DNA from: Zancudomyces culisetae HAW-14-8
Taxonomy: Eukaryota > Fungi > Kickxellomycota
DNA length: 64,000 nucleotides
Assembly: GCA_052426225.1 (NCBI GenBank)
Contig: JBNJNM010000008.1
Location: 1,550,001-1,614,000, forward strand
Reading direction: 5' to 3'
Below the pieces are notes generated by a model, which was given only the letters and a program-made list of their open reading frames with translations, was not told the origin of the DNA and made no database searches. The position numbers were made by a program, and so were the translations under genes. Shown piece after piece: positions 1 to 10,859 of this stretch. How positions within the stretch are numbered: position 1 is the stretch's first letter; each line of letters begins with the position of its first letter.

Positions 1-674
1 AGCAATCTTGTTCTTAACAATAGTATTGGAAATGCTGACAAAAACAGGTTTTCAAGAGGTTTTTTCCACAACACCAATAGATAGTGGAAGCAGCCATTTT
101 TTGTTTTATATTTAATGACTGTAGTAGTGGATAGTGGACAGTGGATATTTAATGCTTTATTTTGTACATATTATTTTATTGTTATTATCTAGTTTGGTTA
201 AAATTCCTCCATATACTTGCTGTTTACATATATAATGCCAATTTCAGAATCAAATAACCTTGAACTTGTTAGTTTAAAATAAATAATAAAGGCCAATGAA
301 AAATGAATTACTGTTGTCGTTGTTTATTTTAATCAATCAGCAGCAATATTTATGAAAAAAATTAGGCGCAGTTTCGTTTAGTGAATGGTTAAAGGGTTGG
401 AAAAATAGGGGGAGAAAAAAAAGGACCAAAAACATAACCATATTTGCGAACATTGAGTAGATTATATTTAGTGGGTAAGTAACTTTTAACCTTCAAACCT
501 AGGAATAGGGTATACTTGTATCAATTGTCTACAATTAAACATATGTATAAGCATACATAGTAAATATAGTATATAGTAAACATTTTAGAGTGTGAATGAT
601 AAAGTAGAAATTGGAACAAACACAATAACGGTAAATGTAGAGAATAAATTCAAAAAAAATCAAAAAAAAATCAA

Positions 675-3600
675 ATGGAAGCCACAGATTTTTCAATAAT
701 TGAAGAGAACAAAGAAAACATTCCACTTTCGAGAGGAGGAAAGTCGTTCAAAATCCTGTCTGAAGTATTTACAGAAAAGAAAAGAACACAACACGAGAAT
801 AGTGATAAACAGCAGCAGATTATCTCTGAAGAAATTGAAAATATTAAAAATACAAGTTTGAACGATCAAAAGGAGTATGATATAGCTACCAATATAACCT
901 ATTCTAGCGACAATGGTTTAGAGAATAAACTTGCTGAATATGAGAAAAGGATTAGCGAGCTGGATCTAAAAGAAGAAGACGATCCCCTAGAATTGTACTA
1001 TGAGTATTGCAAACTACGTCTTGAAATAAATACCAAGGGCGAAGGTGATGAAGGGTTGATCCGAACGCTTGAGTCGAGCGTCAAAAAGTTTTTAGGATAC
1101 AAGCAGTACAGGGACGATATTCGGTACCTAAAACTGTGGCTGTGGTACATCAAATACATTCGCGAAAATAAGGAGACGGTTTACAAATACATGTTTAAAA
1201 AGGGGATTGGGCAGAACCTGGCTCTGTTTTATGAGGAGATGGCACGGTTTTACTGTACAGAGTTGGTCAAATATGACAAGGCAGATAAGATTTATTGTAT
1301 AGGGATTGAGAGAAAGGCACAGCCATTACAACGACTCAAAACAAAGTACCAGAATTTTATCAAGTATATTGGAAGCAAGAGCGAAGGTGGAATGCAAGTA
1401 GATAGTAATAATGACCAAAGAAACGGTTTTGGTGGGAGTGGGAGTGGGAGTGGCAGTGGTAGCGGAAATGTTAATTTAGAAAGAAAAGTACTTGGTGTCA
1501 AAGTTATGGGAAGTATGGGAGGAATAGCGAGATCTGTAGATTCCAATGTTTTGGGAAAGCGAGAATATTTTCCAATGGATGGAAGTGGTGGTGGTGGTGG
1601 TGGTGGTTCTAGTATCGGTACGAGTAATAGAGAGAGAAATGGAGGCAAACTTAGAGTATTAATGGAGGAATCTAATGAGGAAGGCTTTTTAGACGAAAAA
1701 GTAGAAGAAAGCAATGAAAACAGCGTTGAGAATGGTGGTGATTCATGGAAAGAAATTGGAACAGACAAGAGTCGACGAAAAGAAAATATAGCTATTGCAA
1801 CACAATGGAAAGGGATAAAATTAGAAACACAAAAGAGTAATAGCGATTTGGCAAGTTATAAACGAAAAAAGTTTAAAGTATTTCAACAGGATGAAGAAGA
1901 AGAAAACGAGAAAGAAAGTGGAAGAGGAAAGGAAAATGAGAGAGAAACGACAAAAATTAAATCTGGGGATAAAATGAGTGTCAAAGTAGAACTATTTTTT
2001 ACAAATGAGGCAGAGCACAGTATTGGGATAGAAAACAGTGGCACATATAGAAGCTTTGAGGAGTATAGGAGTGAGCGAAGTAAGTATAGGTATATCAAGT
2101 GGAAGAAAGTAGATGATGATGATGTTACGAGCCATATGATAATGGCGAAAAAGGAAATTCAACAAATGTTTGAGCAAGGTAGCAAGAAGATCAATAGAGA
2201 GTGGAAGAATCAAAATGGATCTGGCTCGAATTCTGGTAAGAGTAGAAGTGAAAATAACTATCAAAAAGAGGAAATAGATGAAGAAAAGGGTAATAAACAA
2301 GAATTAGAAGAGGATGATGAAGACGAGGAGGAGGAGGAGGAGGAAATGAATCCAGCAATAGACAATGGAGATTACGAGTTTACTAGTGGACCAGTAATAC
2401 CACATGAACAGTTGCGAGATAAGCGGCTGGGACTAACATTGGCGGAAAAACAGCGGTTAATGATGACGGTAGGCAACACAATAACGGGGATTAGAGAAAC
2501 AAACATTACAGATGAAAATGTCATCAAAAATGATGAGGCACCTAGGGTGGAAGCCAGATTTGATGTGGGAAGAAAGAGGGATGGTTATGTGTATGCGAAA
2601 ATGAGCGAAAACGAGACGATTTTCAACCCGTTTTGGCCATTGGCTGAAGAAGTGATGAATGCAATGTTGGATGAGCTTTCCGAACCTATTGAACGGTACC
2701 CAGGGTTTGTTGACAATCATGATTTACATAGTAGCACGATGAACATTTCTAGAGCCAGAGAAGGTAATACGGAGCAAGTATTAGTATCCCCAGAGGTACT
2801 ATCGTCGGGTGTACAAGTTGTTTTTGCTTTGAGGCAAAATGAACATGAAACTGTGGGTGGAGGGCTGGTTAAGGAGTATAGTGTAGTAAAACAGTTAGAT
2901 AAAGGGGGGAATTCAACAGTATTTCTAGTCAAAACAAAAAGTACCGAGACAAAAACAGGCGAACAAGAAGGCAAGGCTATGGTACTAAAATGCGAAAATA
3001 AAGTCAATGTATGGGAATTTTATATTGCTCACAGTATTCGCGAGAGGATTCATAACCAGTTCGAAGATGGAGATCAAAATAAAAGCAAGAATAGCAAGCG
3101 AATCGAAAACATCATGAGTGGGTTTTTGTTGCCTACCAGAATCTACGAGTATAGCGACCGAACCATTTTGGAAATGGACGCGTTGTGCCATGGATCGCTG
3201 TTGGATGCAGTTAATCGGATAAGTGAACTGGTTGGGTTAAAAGCGTATAACATTCAAAGTCAAAGTCAAGGTCAAAGTAAAATTAACATTAGCATTAAAA
3301 ATCAATATGAGCAAGAGAAATATATTGATGGTGATAATGGTAGTGGTGCTGGGTATAGTGGAAACTTTTATGAGAATGTGGCACTATTAGTGTTGGGACA
3401 CGTGATAGAGATTGTGACGGATTTGCATAGTGTTGGAATTGTACATACAGATATTCGATGCGAGAATTTGTTGATTAATGTTACACAGGAACTAGATGAG
3501 TTGGTGGAGAAACACAAGCGGAACAAGGTAATTATGAAACAGATTTTGGAGCAAATGGTGATACCAAGCGACAACGACGAATATGAAAATATGGATGTGA

Positions 3601-4187
3601 GTGTGAGTGTGAATGGGAATAGGAACAAATTGGTGAAGTTGATTGATTTTGGCAGATGTGTCGATATTACACGGTTTAATCCAAACCAGTATTTGCAAAT
3701 TTCATCAACATCGACATCTATAAAAAACAACAACAACAATAATAAAAATGAGGATGAGAATAATGATGAAGAAGAAAATGTTCCAATTTGGACACCACAA
3801 GCAGATATTTATGCGATAGCCAAGATAGCATGTGTAATGTTATTTAGAGAACGAATAAAAGTAAATACGGTAACAATAGAGCAAGCCAAGAGACGAATCA
3901 AGAGATATTGGCACCGAGATTTGTGGATAGAGTTTTTTGATTTGGTATTGAGTATTCCAGATACGATTAAGAGGGCAACTAAAAAGGATGAAAATGGAAT
4001 GGGTGTGGGTGTGGGTGTGGGACAGGTTTGGATAAATTACATGACAGAGTTGATGCCAAGATTAAAAAGATTGAGTGAACAGATTGCAATAGTGCTACAC
4101 CAAGAATACTTGGCGACAATAGATCAGCTGGATCCAGAAAAGAGCTTGTATAAAGGAATTACAAATCTAATAGTGTTTACTAAATAA
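675..4187 (+). CDS. BUB1: Spindle checkpoint protein Bub1/Mad3 (MadBub type) with C-terminal kinase domain
   Basis: 1170-aa ORF. N-terminal KEN box (EENKENIPLSRGG); Mad3/Bub1 TPR region (DDPLELY, DDIRYLKLWLWY, GIGQNLALFYEE); second KEN (RRKENIA); ABBA-like KFKVFQQD; GLEBS-like SFEEYR; kinase motifs VLK, WEFYI, HTDIRCEN, LIDFGRCVD, KRYWHRDLW. Confidence 0.92.
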   Translation: MEATDFSIIEENKENIPLSRGGKSFKILSEVFTEKKRTQHENSDKQQQIISEEIENIKNTSLNDQKEYDIATNITYSSDNGLENKLAEYEKRISELDLKEEDDPLELYYEYCKLRLEINTKGEGDEGLIRTLESSVKKFLGYKQYRDDIRYLKLWLWYIKYIRENKETVYKYMFKKGIGQNLALFYEEMARFYCTELVKYDKADKIYCIGIERKAQPLQRLKTKYQNFIKYIGSKSEGGMQVDSNNDQRNGFGGSGSGSGSGSGNVNLERKVLGVKVMGSMGGIARSVDSNVLGKREYFPMDGSGGGGGGGSSIGTSNRERNGGKLRVLMEESNEEGFLDEKVEESNENSVENGGDSWKEIGTDKSRRKENIAIATQWKGIKLETQKSNSDLASYKRKKFKVFQQDEEEENEKESGRGKENERETTKIKSGDKMSVKVELFFTNEAEHSIGIENSGTYRSFEEYRSERSKYRYIKWKKVDDDDVTSHMIMAKKEIQQMFEQGSKKINREWKNQNGSGSNSGKSRSENNYQKEEIDEEKGNKQELEEDDEDEEEEEEEMNPAIDNGDYEFTSGPVIPHEQLRDKRLGLTLAEKQRLMMTVGNTITGIRETNITDENVIKNDEAPRVEARFDVGRKRDGYVYAKMSENETIFNPFWPLAEEVMNAMLDELSEPIERYPGFVDNHDLHSSTMNISRAREGNTEQVLVSPEVLSSGVQVVFALRQNEHETVGGGLVKEYSVVKQLDKGGNSTVFLVKTKSTETKTGEQEGKAMVLKCENKVNVWEFYIAHSIRERIHNQFEDGDQNKSKNSKRIENIMSGFLLPTRIYEYSDRTILEMDALCHGSLLDAVNRISELVGLKAYNIQSQSQGQSKINISIKNQYEQEKYIDGDNGSGAGYSGNFYENVALLVLGHVIEIVTDLHSVGIVHTDIRCENLLINVTQELDELVEKHKRNKVIMKQILEQMVIPSDNDEYENMDVSVSVNGNRNKLVKLIDFGRCVDITRFNPNQYLQISSTSTSIKNNNNNNKNEDENNDEEENVPIWTPQADIYAIAKIACVMLFRERIKVNTVTIEQAKRRIKRYWHRDLWIEFFDLVLSIPDTIKRATKKDENGMGVGVGVGQVWINYMTELMPRLKRLSEQIAIVLHQEYLATIDQLDPEKSLYKGITNLIVFTK

Positions 4188-4192
4188 TAAGC

Positions 4193-5881
4193 TTAAGAGC
4201 GTGAGGATTGGAAGCTGTTTTGGCGTTGAAGAGCGTCCGAAATTACGTAATGAACATCTTTGATTTCCATCAAGACTTTGTTGAGGTCGTACATCAACTC
4301 TGTATAAAATATCAGACCTTGTTTGAGTCCCGACAGCATTTCGCCGTACCGTTTGGCACACAGCCGCAAGTTATGAAGCGCAGACTCGCGGGCTTTGTAA
4401 ATTGGATCTCGACTCATCAGCGCGTAGTATGCTTCAGCCGCATTTCGTAGCGACTCGATCAGTTCACGCTGGTGGTCTGTACAACTTGTGACAAACTCCA
4501 AGTCGCTAGCATAGTAACTATCAAAATGAGTGGTAAATAGTGGTTCAAAGTCTGTAGCCAGTTCGAGTTTGACTAGTGGCAGTGGCGAGTTTGTGCGTGT
4601 GGCTGCTGCCTGGTCGACGAATTTGCCCAGTGTTGGGCCAATATCGTCGTTGTACATTTTCAGCATCGTACTTTCGGTTTGTGCTGCCCTGGATTGTTGA
4701 AGGTTTGTGAGTTCGCTGTGGTACTGAAATATTCGGAATATTATAGTATGAATATCATCATCATTACCACCATTATTAAAAGTAGATTTGGGTTTGGATT
4801 TAGATTTGGATTTGGATGCAGATACTTGGAGTGTTGAAATAGGAATTGTGTTGGAGTTTGCTGTTGATGGAATGGCTGTTGCTATCTGTTCAATACTACT
4901 ACTCAGCAATTGAATAAATGGTTGCCATGTTTTGAGTTTAGTTTTGATTGCTGTGTCATTTTTGTTTGCCTTTTCTATTGATTGTTTGAATGATACAAGT
5001 TGGTTTTTATAGTCCAAAATTACCAGTTGGCTTGGTTGATTACTTCTTGTTATATCATCAATATCAATATCAATATTATTATTAATATTATTAGCATTAG
5101 CATTAGAATTAATATTAGCATTAGAATTGTTAGATATCAGATATAAATATTTTTCAACTTCATTCACGTATACTTGTGCTTTTGCTTTCTCATTATCCAA
5201 ATGTGTTATCAATTCTATCAATCCTTCAATACCACCATCCGACCGGATCTGCTCAGCCGCAATGATAATATCGTTTGGTACACCAATCTTTGATTTACAT
5301 TGTATCACTTCCTTTCCCTTTTCTTGCCCCTGTTCCTTTTCATCACCACGAGCATATTCATATCCATTTTCGAATAAAATATTAGAAATGTTAAGTGAGG
5401 ATAATGTCAGTTCACATTCGGCCGCTAACCGATCCAACGGTTCCACAATCCTTTGTAACACCTCGCGCTCTTTACGATCTTCATAAATACTAGCAGCTTC
5501 ATGAACTATGAATGGAACAAGTCCTCTAAATAAATAAACTTCTTTATCTTTTTCTTTCCATTTATATTCATCTGTGATTATATTACCACCACCACCACCA
5601 TTACTATTGTTGTTGTTGCTGTTGTTGTTGTTTTCGTCGTCATAACTAATGGTATTTTCCAAATTAGTTAATCGTTCAGGCAATCTTGCCTTTGCCATAA
5701 TATATCCTTTTATACCCTCCACTCTTGAAATATTTGGAACTTTGTCTAAAAATATCCCATCATTGTCTTTAATCGCTCTGTTTAAATTATCTTGGATTTT
5801 GTTTTTTAGTTGATTAACAATACTTTTTTGAAGTTTTTCATTTCTCTCTCTATTATCACTACTACTATTATTATTATTGTT

Positions 5882-5947
<66 letters not shown>

Positions 5948-7655
5948 ATAAAATTTAAACCAACCATCACCACTACCACTACCATCATCAATACTATTAC
6001 CGCTGTTATTGTATATTTCTTGTAATTTTTGTATTGCCAATTCAATCAGCTCATTCGCTCGTTCCAATCTACTTATTTCTTCACCATATTTGCTTTTTTC
6101 CAAACATTCTATAGATTTTCTATATTGAGCAACTCCCTCAAAATACAATGCCTTGTACTCTATCCGTTGTAATATATTAGTTTCAGCAAGATAGTTGGGT
6201 TCATTAGTAATCCCACAGTATTTCAGTAGTCGAAGGGTATTTCTATATGAATCGGCTGTACCCATCGCTATCCGTGCCACCAAGTTGTGGCTGGCTGTGG
6301 AGCTATTGGATTTTTTGGATTGTACTTTTCGTCTTGATCTATCATTACCGCTATAACCATAACCATAACCATAACCATCATCGTCATAGTTGTTGTTATT
6401 GTCATAATAGTCATCATTACCATTACCATACCTGGTATTATTGCCACTACTATTTGTTTGGTATTGATTTGAATGTACTCTATCTTGTGTATTTTGTACA
6501 TTGGAATTGACCAACTTTGTAAAAACCGTTTCTTGAGCTTGTGAAATCATCAAACTTGTCAGAAACTCTAGTGTGGAAATTTTTAAATCCCACGTAATAT
6601 CAGTACTCGATTCTACCAACCCTCTTGGAATTTTTTGTTCTTTTGTTTTTTCTAGTTCCTGGGTTTGTGTCTGTATCTGTGTCTGTGTCTGTGTCTGTTC
6701 GTTATTTTGAGCAGATGAAGATCCAGAAATTACCAAATCGTTATTGAATCGAGTCACCAGCTCATCACTGGTAGTTATATTACCATTCTTGTCCAGGTTT
6801 AATTCTTTACTTTGTGGTTGAACTTGATAATTGTATTCTTGGGTGTATTCTAGGGATGAGTGGATTTTGATATTACCAACTATTTTAGTTGATAGCTTTT
6901 GAAATATTCCAGCAGAACACTCAAAGTAGTGAAACGCAACCTTTAAACGCTCTAGAAAATCCAAAACCTCATTATTACTACTACCATCATTATTATTATT
7001 ATTATTGTTTGTACCTCCAAGTCCACTTTCACCTCTACTAGTAGTTGTGGTTGTGATGGTATTATTATTGTTGTGTTTTTCAAGTACCCCAACTGCTAGT
7101 TGTGAATATATGGCACCAAAGTTAAACAGAATAGCTGAGCGTTCAAACCACAAATCCTTTATAAGCGCTAAAAATAGATATTCAATGGCATCAACAACGT
7201 ACAAGAAAATCATAAAGAGGAGCGGAGAGAAAAAAATGATACTTACCTTTATTAGAGTGATCAAGAGCGTTTTCCCATACAAAATCGATATCCATAAGTG
7301 GAGGAAATTTCACAAAAAGATAGCATAGTTGGGTATAATACCTTGTCAAGTAATCCAATTGTGCTAATGAATAATTTACACCTTTAGATTCTACAGAAAT
7401 GGAGTACTGTTCACTACCAGTACTATTGTTGTTATTGTTGTTGGTATTGGTGCTGGTATTGGTATTGATTCCGAAGAAATTTAGACGCAAAGACGGAATA
7501 AAATCGACCGACTGGTTCCTTAAACCCTGGAGGATCACAATGTCCCGGGAATAGACTTCGGGAGGTTCGGCGTAAACCTGGGTAATGTACTTGGTCAAAC
7601 CGGGGGCGAATTGAGAGTTTATAGTTTTTTTGGTGGGGATATTTATGAATTCCAT
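4193..7655 (-). CDS. RIM20: BRO1-domain/ALIX V-domain pH-response protein PalA/Rim20 (2 exons)
   Basis: Exon 1 from ATG 7655 (MEFINIPTKKT...LTRYYTQL...KFPP...FVW). Intron 7246-7168 (GTAAGT...TAG) joins in frame to ALIKDLWFERSAILFNFGAIYSQ. Further BRO1 motifs LMISQAQE, KYGEEISRL, AIKDNDGIFLDKVP, LFRGLVP, and V-domain end GLIFY. Confidence 0.85.
5876..5948. repeat. (GTT/AAC)n microsatellite encoding a poly-Asn tract in RIM20
   Basis: About 20 consecutive GTT units flanked by ATT units. Confidence 0.95.
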
Positions 7656-8693
7656 TTTATTATTATTATTATTATTATTGGTGTTAGTGTTAGTGTTATT
7701 GGTATTGTTCAACAGTTAATAATATATAATATTGTACATTAACTGTTGCAAAATCTAGTTTTCTTGAAGTTGTTTTTTATTTATGTATTTTTTTACATTA
7801 GGTTGTAAAAAATATAGAGTTGAATTGATTGACATCCAAGATTTGTAAAAAAAAATATAAAATAAACCAAGAAACAAGAAACAAGAAGCAAAAGATGTGT
7901 GAAGTAAGTTGAGAGTATTAGTAAGAGCAAGTAGCTCGGAATAGGAAAAAGACCAAGAGCGAAATTAAAAGTAGGTCCAGGTTACGTTCTTGTAATTTGC
8001 TTAATTTTTTCTTTTTTGTAAAAACCCAAAGCACAGGATGGGTGGAGAGGGGAACATGATATCATGTGAATGTGAAATCGGTGTAAATTGTTTTTATTTG
8101 CGGTTGTAGTTTGCCTTAATACCCTTATTTATTTTATTTTATTTTATTTTATTTTTATTTTTTAATTTTTAATAATTAATTATTAATTTTTTTACAGTGC
8201 GGATTCATGTAAGAATTATTATGCATAAATCAAATTTTAGTCCCAAGACTTTTAAATTCCATTCTCTAAAAATTAAAAGTCCAATGTAAAATGCAAGAGA
8301 AACAAAAAAGAAAAAAAAGGAACAAATGTGAAAAGATAATGGTTGGAAAATCTTCTTGGTATTTTACATTTCCTTTTTTTTGGGATATTGATTTCTTGCA
8401 TACATTTATAAAATCACATTTATAAACATAAACATAAATATATGTATTCATTCATTTATGCCTTTATTTTATTCGGTAGTTAAATTAATACTAGTATTCT
8501 AATATTATATAAACTACAAGGATAATAAAATATATTTTCAAATAAAAAACTTTTACTTTTACTTTTACTTTTATTTAACGAAAAGAGTTTCCAAGATAAA
8601 ATTGAAAAAAAATAATAACAATAAAACAAAGGGGAGAGGAAAAGGAGAAGTCCAACCATTAAATGACCAAGATAAATCTTACAAGAAAATAAA

Positions 8694-10859
8694 ATGTCAA
8701 AAGTTACAAACAATAGCGACAACAATAATCCACAAGATGTACATGAACAAACATCCACATCCACATCCACAACTACAACCGCAACCACCCAAACAGTGTT
8801 GTCTAAAAGCTTTGGGTCGTTATCGGTAGGAGACATGGTTCGATACCGATTAACAGCCATGGCAACGCCCTCAACACCTTCAGCGATGGCAATGTCAATG
8901 TCGGGTATTGAATTTTGTGGTAAAGATTTGGTGCCAGCAAATATAGAAATAATTGTGAGTAATGTTACACCAATGCGGAAAAACCTTTCATTGCTTAAAA
9001 ATGAGGGACCATGTATGATATCAGTGTTTGTTAGAAAGGAAGAAATAAATGGATATGGATATGGGTACCACTACCGAACAAATATAAATGATAATAGTAA
9101 TACTAGTAGTGAAAGTAGTAGTGATACTGATAGTGACAGTGACAGTAGTAGTGATAGCGATAGCGATAGTAGCAGTAGCAGTAGTAGTAGCAGTAGCAGT
9201 GATGGTGGTGGTGAATATGGATATGATAAACAAACTAAAAGAAAGAAAAAGGGAAAAATGAAAAAGTCTAAAAGAAAGAATAAGAATAAAAACAAGAACA
9301 AAAACAAGAATAAATCTAAAGTAGCTGCAAAAGAAAACAGCAAGAATGCGCGGAACTGTGTGGGACTCTTGTGTGGAGGGGTATGGAGTACAAAGATTAA
9401 AGTCCCGCAGGGAAAACCAGCAGGGGAGTGTCGGTATTTAATAGATATAGTTAGCGAGGTAATATTACCACCAGGAGCAGTCAATTATGAGGTACAAATA
9501 GTGTATAAAGGAGAAAAGGGTGGACATAGACACGGGCATAAGCATGGACACAAGCACAGACATGGACATAAGCATGGACGTGGGAAAGTAGAAGTAGAGG
9601 GAGAACGAGAACGAGAAGGAGTAGAAGAAGAGGAAGGGGAGAGAAGAAGAGAAGGAGAAGAAGGGGAGGGAGAAGAGGAAGGGCAAACACAAGTACAAGC
9701 ACAGTTAGAATTGGTAGAGGATACAGCTAGCATGTATCGATTAGAAGAAGGGACGGTGTTTAGTGAAGAGAAAAAGACAGGAGTGCATTTAGTAGTACTA
9801 ACACACGGATTGCATGGTACACGGAACGACATGTTGTATATACATGAACGAATAAAAAGACAAGAAAGAGAACGAGGAAGAGAAAGTGAGAGTGGGAGGC
9901 GAGTAGTGGTGGTGGCACCAGAAGTGAATCATGGGCAGACGGTGGATGGAATCGAGCAAGGAGGACGGCGGGTGGGCAGCAAGATTCTGGAGTATACGGG
10001 ATGGACAGCGAAGTGGGCAGAGACAGTAGGAGAGAGCCGACACCGGATATCGTTTGTAGGGCATTCGTTGGGAGGGCTGTACAATGCAAGTGCAGCAGGG
10101 TGGTTGGAGGAGACGAGCGGCGGAGAGTTTTTCAAGGTGTTTGAGCCGGTGCATTTTATAGCGCTGGCAACGCCGTGGCTGGGGATGTTTGAATTGGGAG
10201 GAGTGATGATGCGGGCGTGTGGGTGGGGAGTGATGGGGCAGACGGGGCGCGACCTGGCGTTGGCTACTGGGGTGTTGGAAAGAGTGAGTGAGCCAACATC
10301 GACTACACACCAGGCACTGCAGCGGTTCCAGTCGCATACAGCATATGCAAACCTGCAGCGAGACTGGGAGTGTGGGTTCCTGACATCGTCGCTGTTGCTG
10401 GACCCAGCACTTAATCGGCAGTTGGCAGGCGCAGCAGCGATTGAAGCAGCATCGAATCGATGGTGGGATGTGGTGATGGATCCAGCAACATCGCTGACAC
10501 GGTATGCATTGGGAGTGTTGGGATGGCCGTTTGCTAATTGCGAGCCGAGTAATAAGACTATAGTGATGGATACTGTAGTAACCAAGTATGAGGCTGAGGC
10601 TGAGTCTAAATCTGAAAATAAAAATAAAACTAAAAGTAAAAATAAAAGTAATACAGATATAGAAACACAAACAGAAACACAAACAGAAACAATAATCCAA
10701 AAAGTCGCTCGTAACTGGCATACCTCAATCCAGTGGCGTATTGTCGTCGTCCGCTTCGACCACGACGCCCATTTCCGCATCGTTGTGCGCCGCGAGAGCT
10801 GTGACAGTGCCGGCGTCCCAGTGATCAACCACATGCTAACCAATCATGCCTTTGTCTAG
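8694..10859 (+). CDS. DUF676 alpha/beta-hydrolase, Rog1-like putative lipase
   Basis: VHLVVLTHGLHG, TVDGIEQGGRRV, nucleophile elbow ISFVGHSLGGL, FIALATPWLG, MGQTGRDL, YANLQRD and C-terminal AHFRIVVRR. Rog1-like N-terminus (VGDMVRYRL). Confidence 0.85.
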   Translation: MSKVTNNSDNNNPQDVHEQTSTSTSTTTTATTQTVLSKSFGSLSVGDMVRYRLTAMATPSTPSAMAMSMSGIEFCGKDLVPANIEIIVSNVTPMRKNLSLLKNEGPCMISVFVRKEEINGYGYGYHYRTNINDNSNTSSESSSDTDSDSDSSSDSDSDSSSSSSSSSSSDGGGEYGYDKQTKRKKKGKMKKSKRKNKNKNKNKNKNKSKVAAKENSKNARNCVGLLCGGVWSTKIKVPQGKPAGECRYLIDIVSEVILPPGAVNYEVQIVYKGEKGGHRHGHKHGHKHRHGHKHGRGKVEVEGEREREGVEEEEGERRREGEEGEGEEEGQTQVQAQLELVEDTASMYRLEEGTVFSEEKKTGVHLVVLTHGLHGTRNDMLYIHERIKRQERERGRESESGRRVVVVAPEVNHGQTVDGIEQGGRRVGSKILEYTGWTAKWAETVGESRHRISFVGHSLGGLYNASAAGWLEETSGGEFFKVFEPVHFIALATPWLGMFELGGVMMRACGWGVMGQTGRDLALATGVLERVSEPTSTTHQALQRFQSHTAYANLQRDWECGFLTSSLLLDPALNRQLAGAAAIEAASNRWWDVVMDPATSLTRYALGVLGWPFANCEPSNKTIVMDTVVTKYEAEAESKSENKNKTKSKNKSNTDIETQTETQTETIIQKVARNWHTSIQWRIVVVRFDHDAHFRIVVRRESCDSAGVPVINHMLTNHAFV

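Noticed and set aside
7168-7282. Apparent N-terminal transmembrane segment of the 1029-aa ORF
   Set aside because: It is translated intron plus out-of-frame exon 1. Splicing restores a soluble BRO1 domain.
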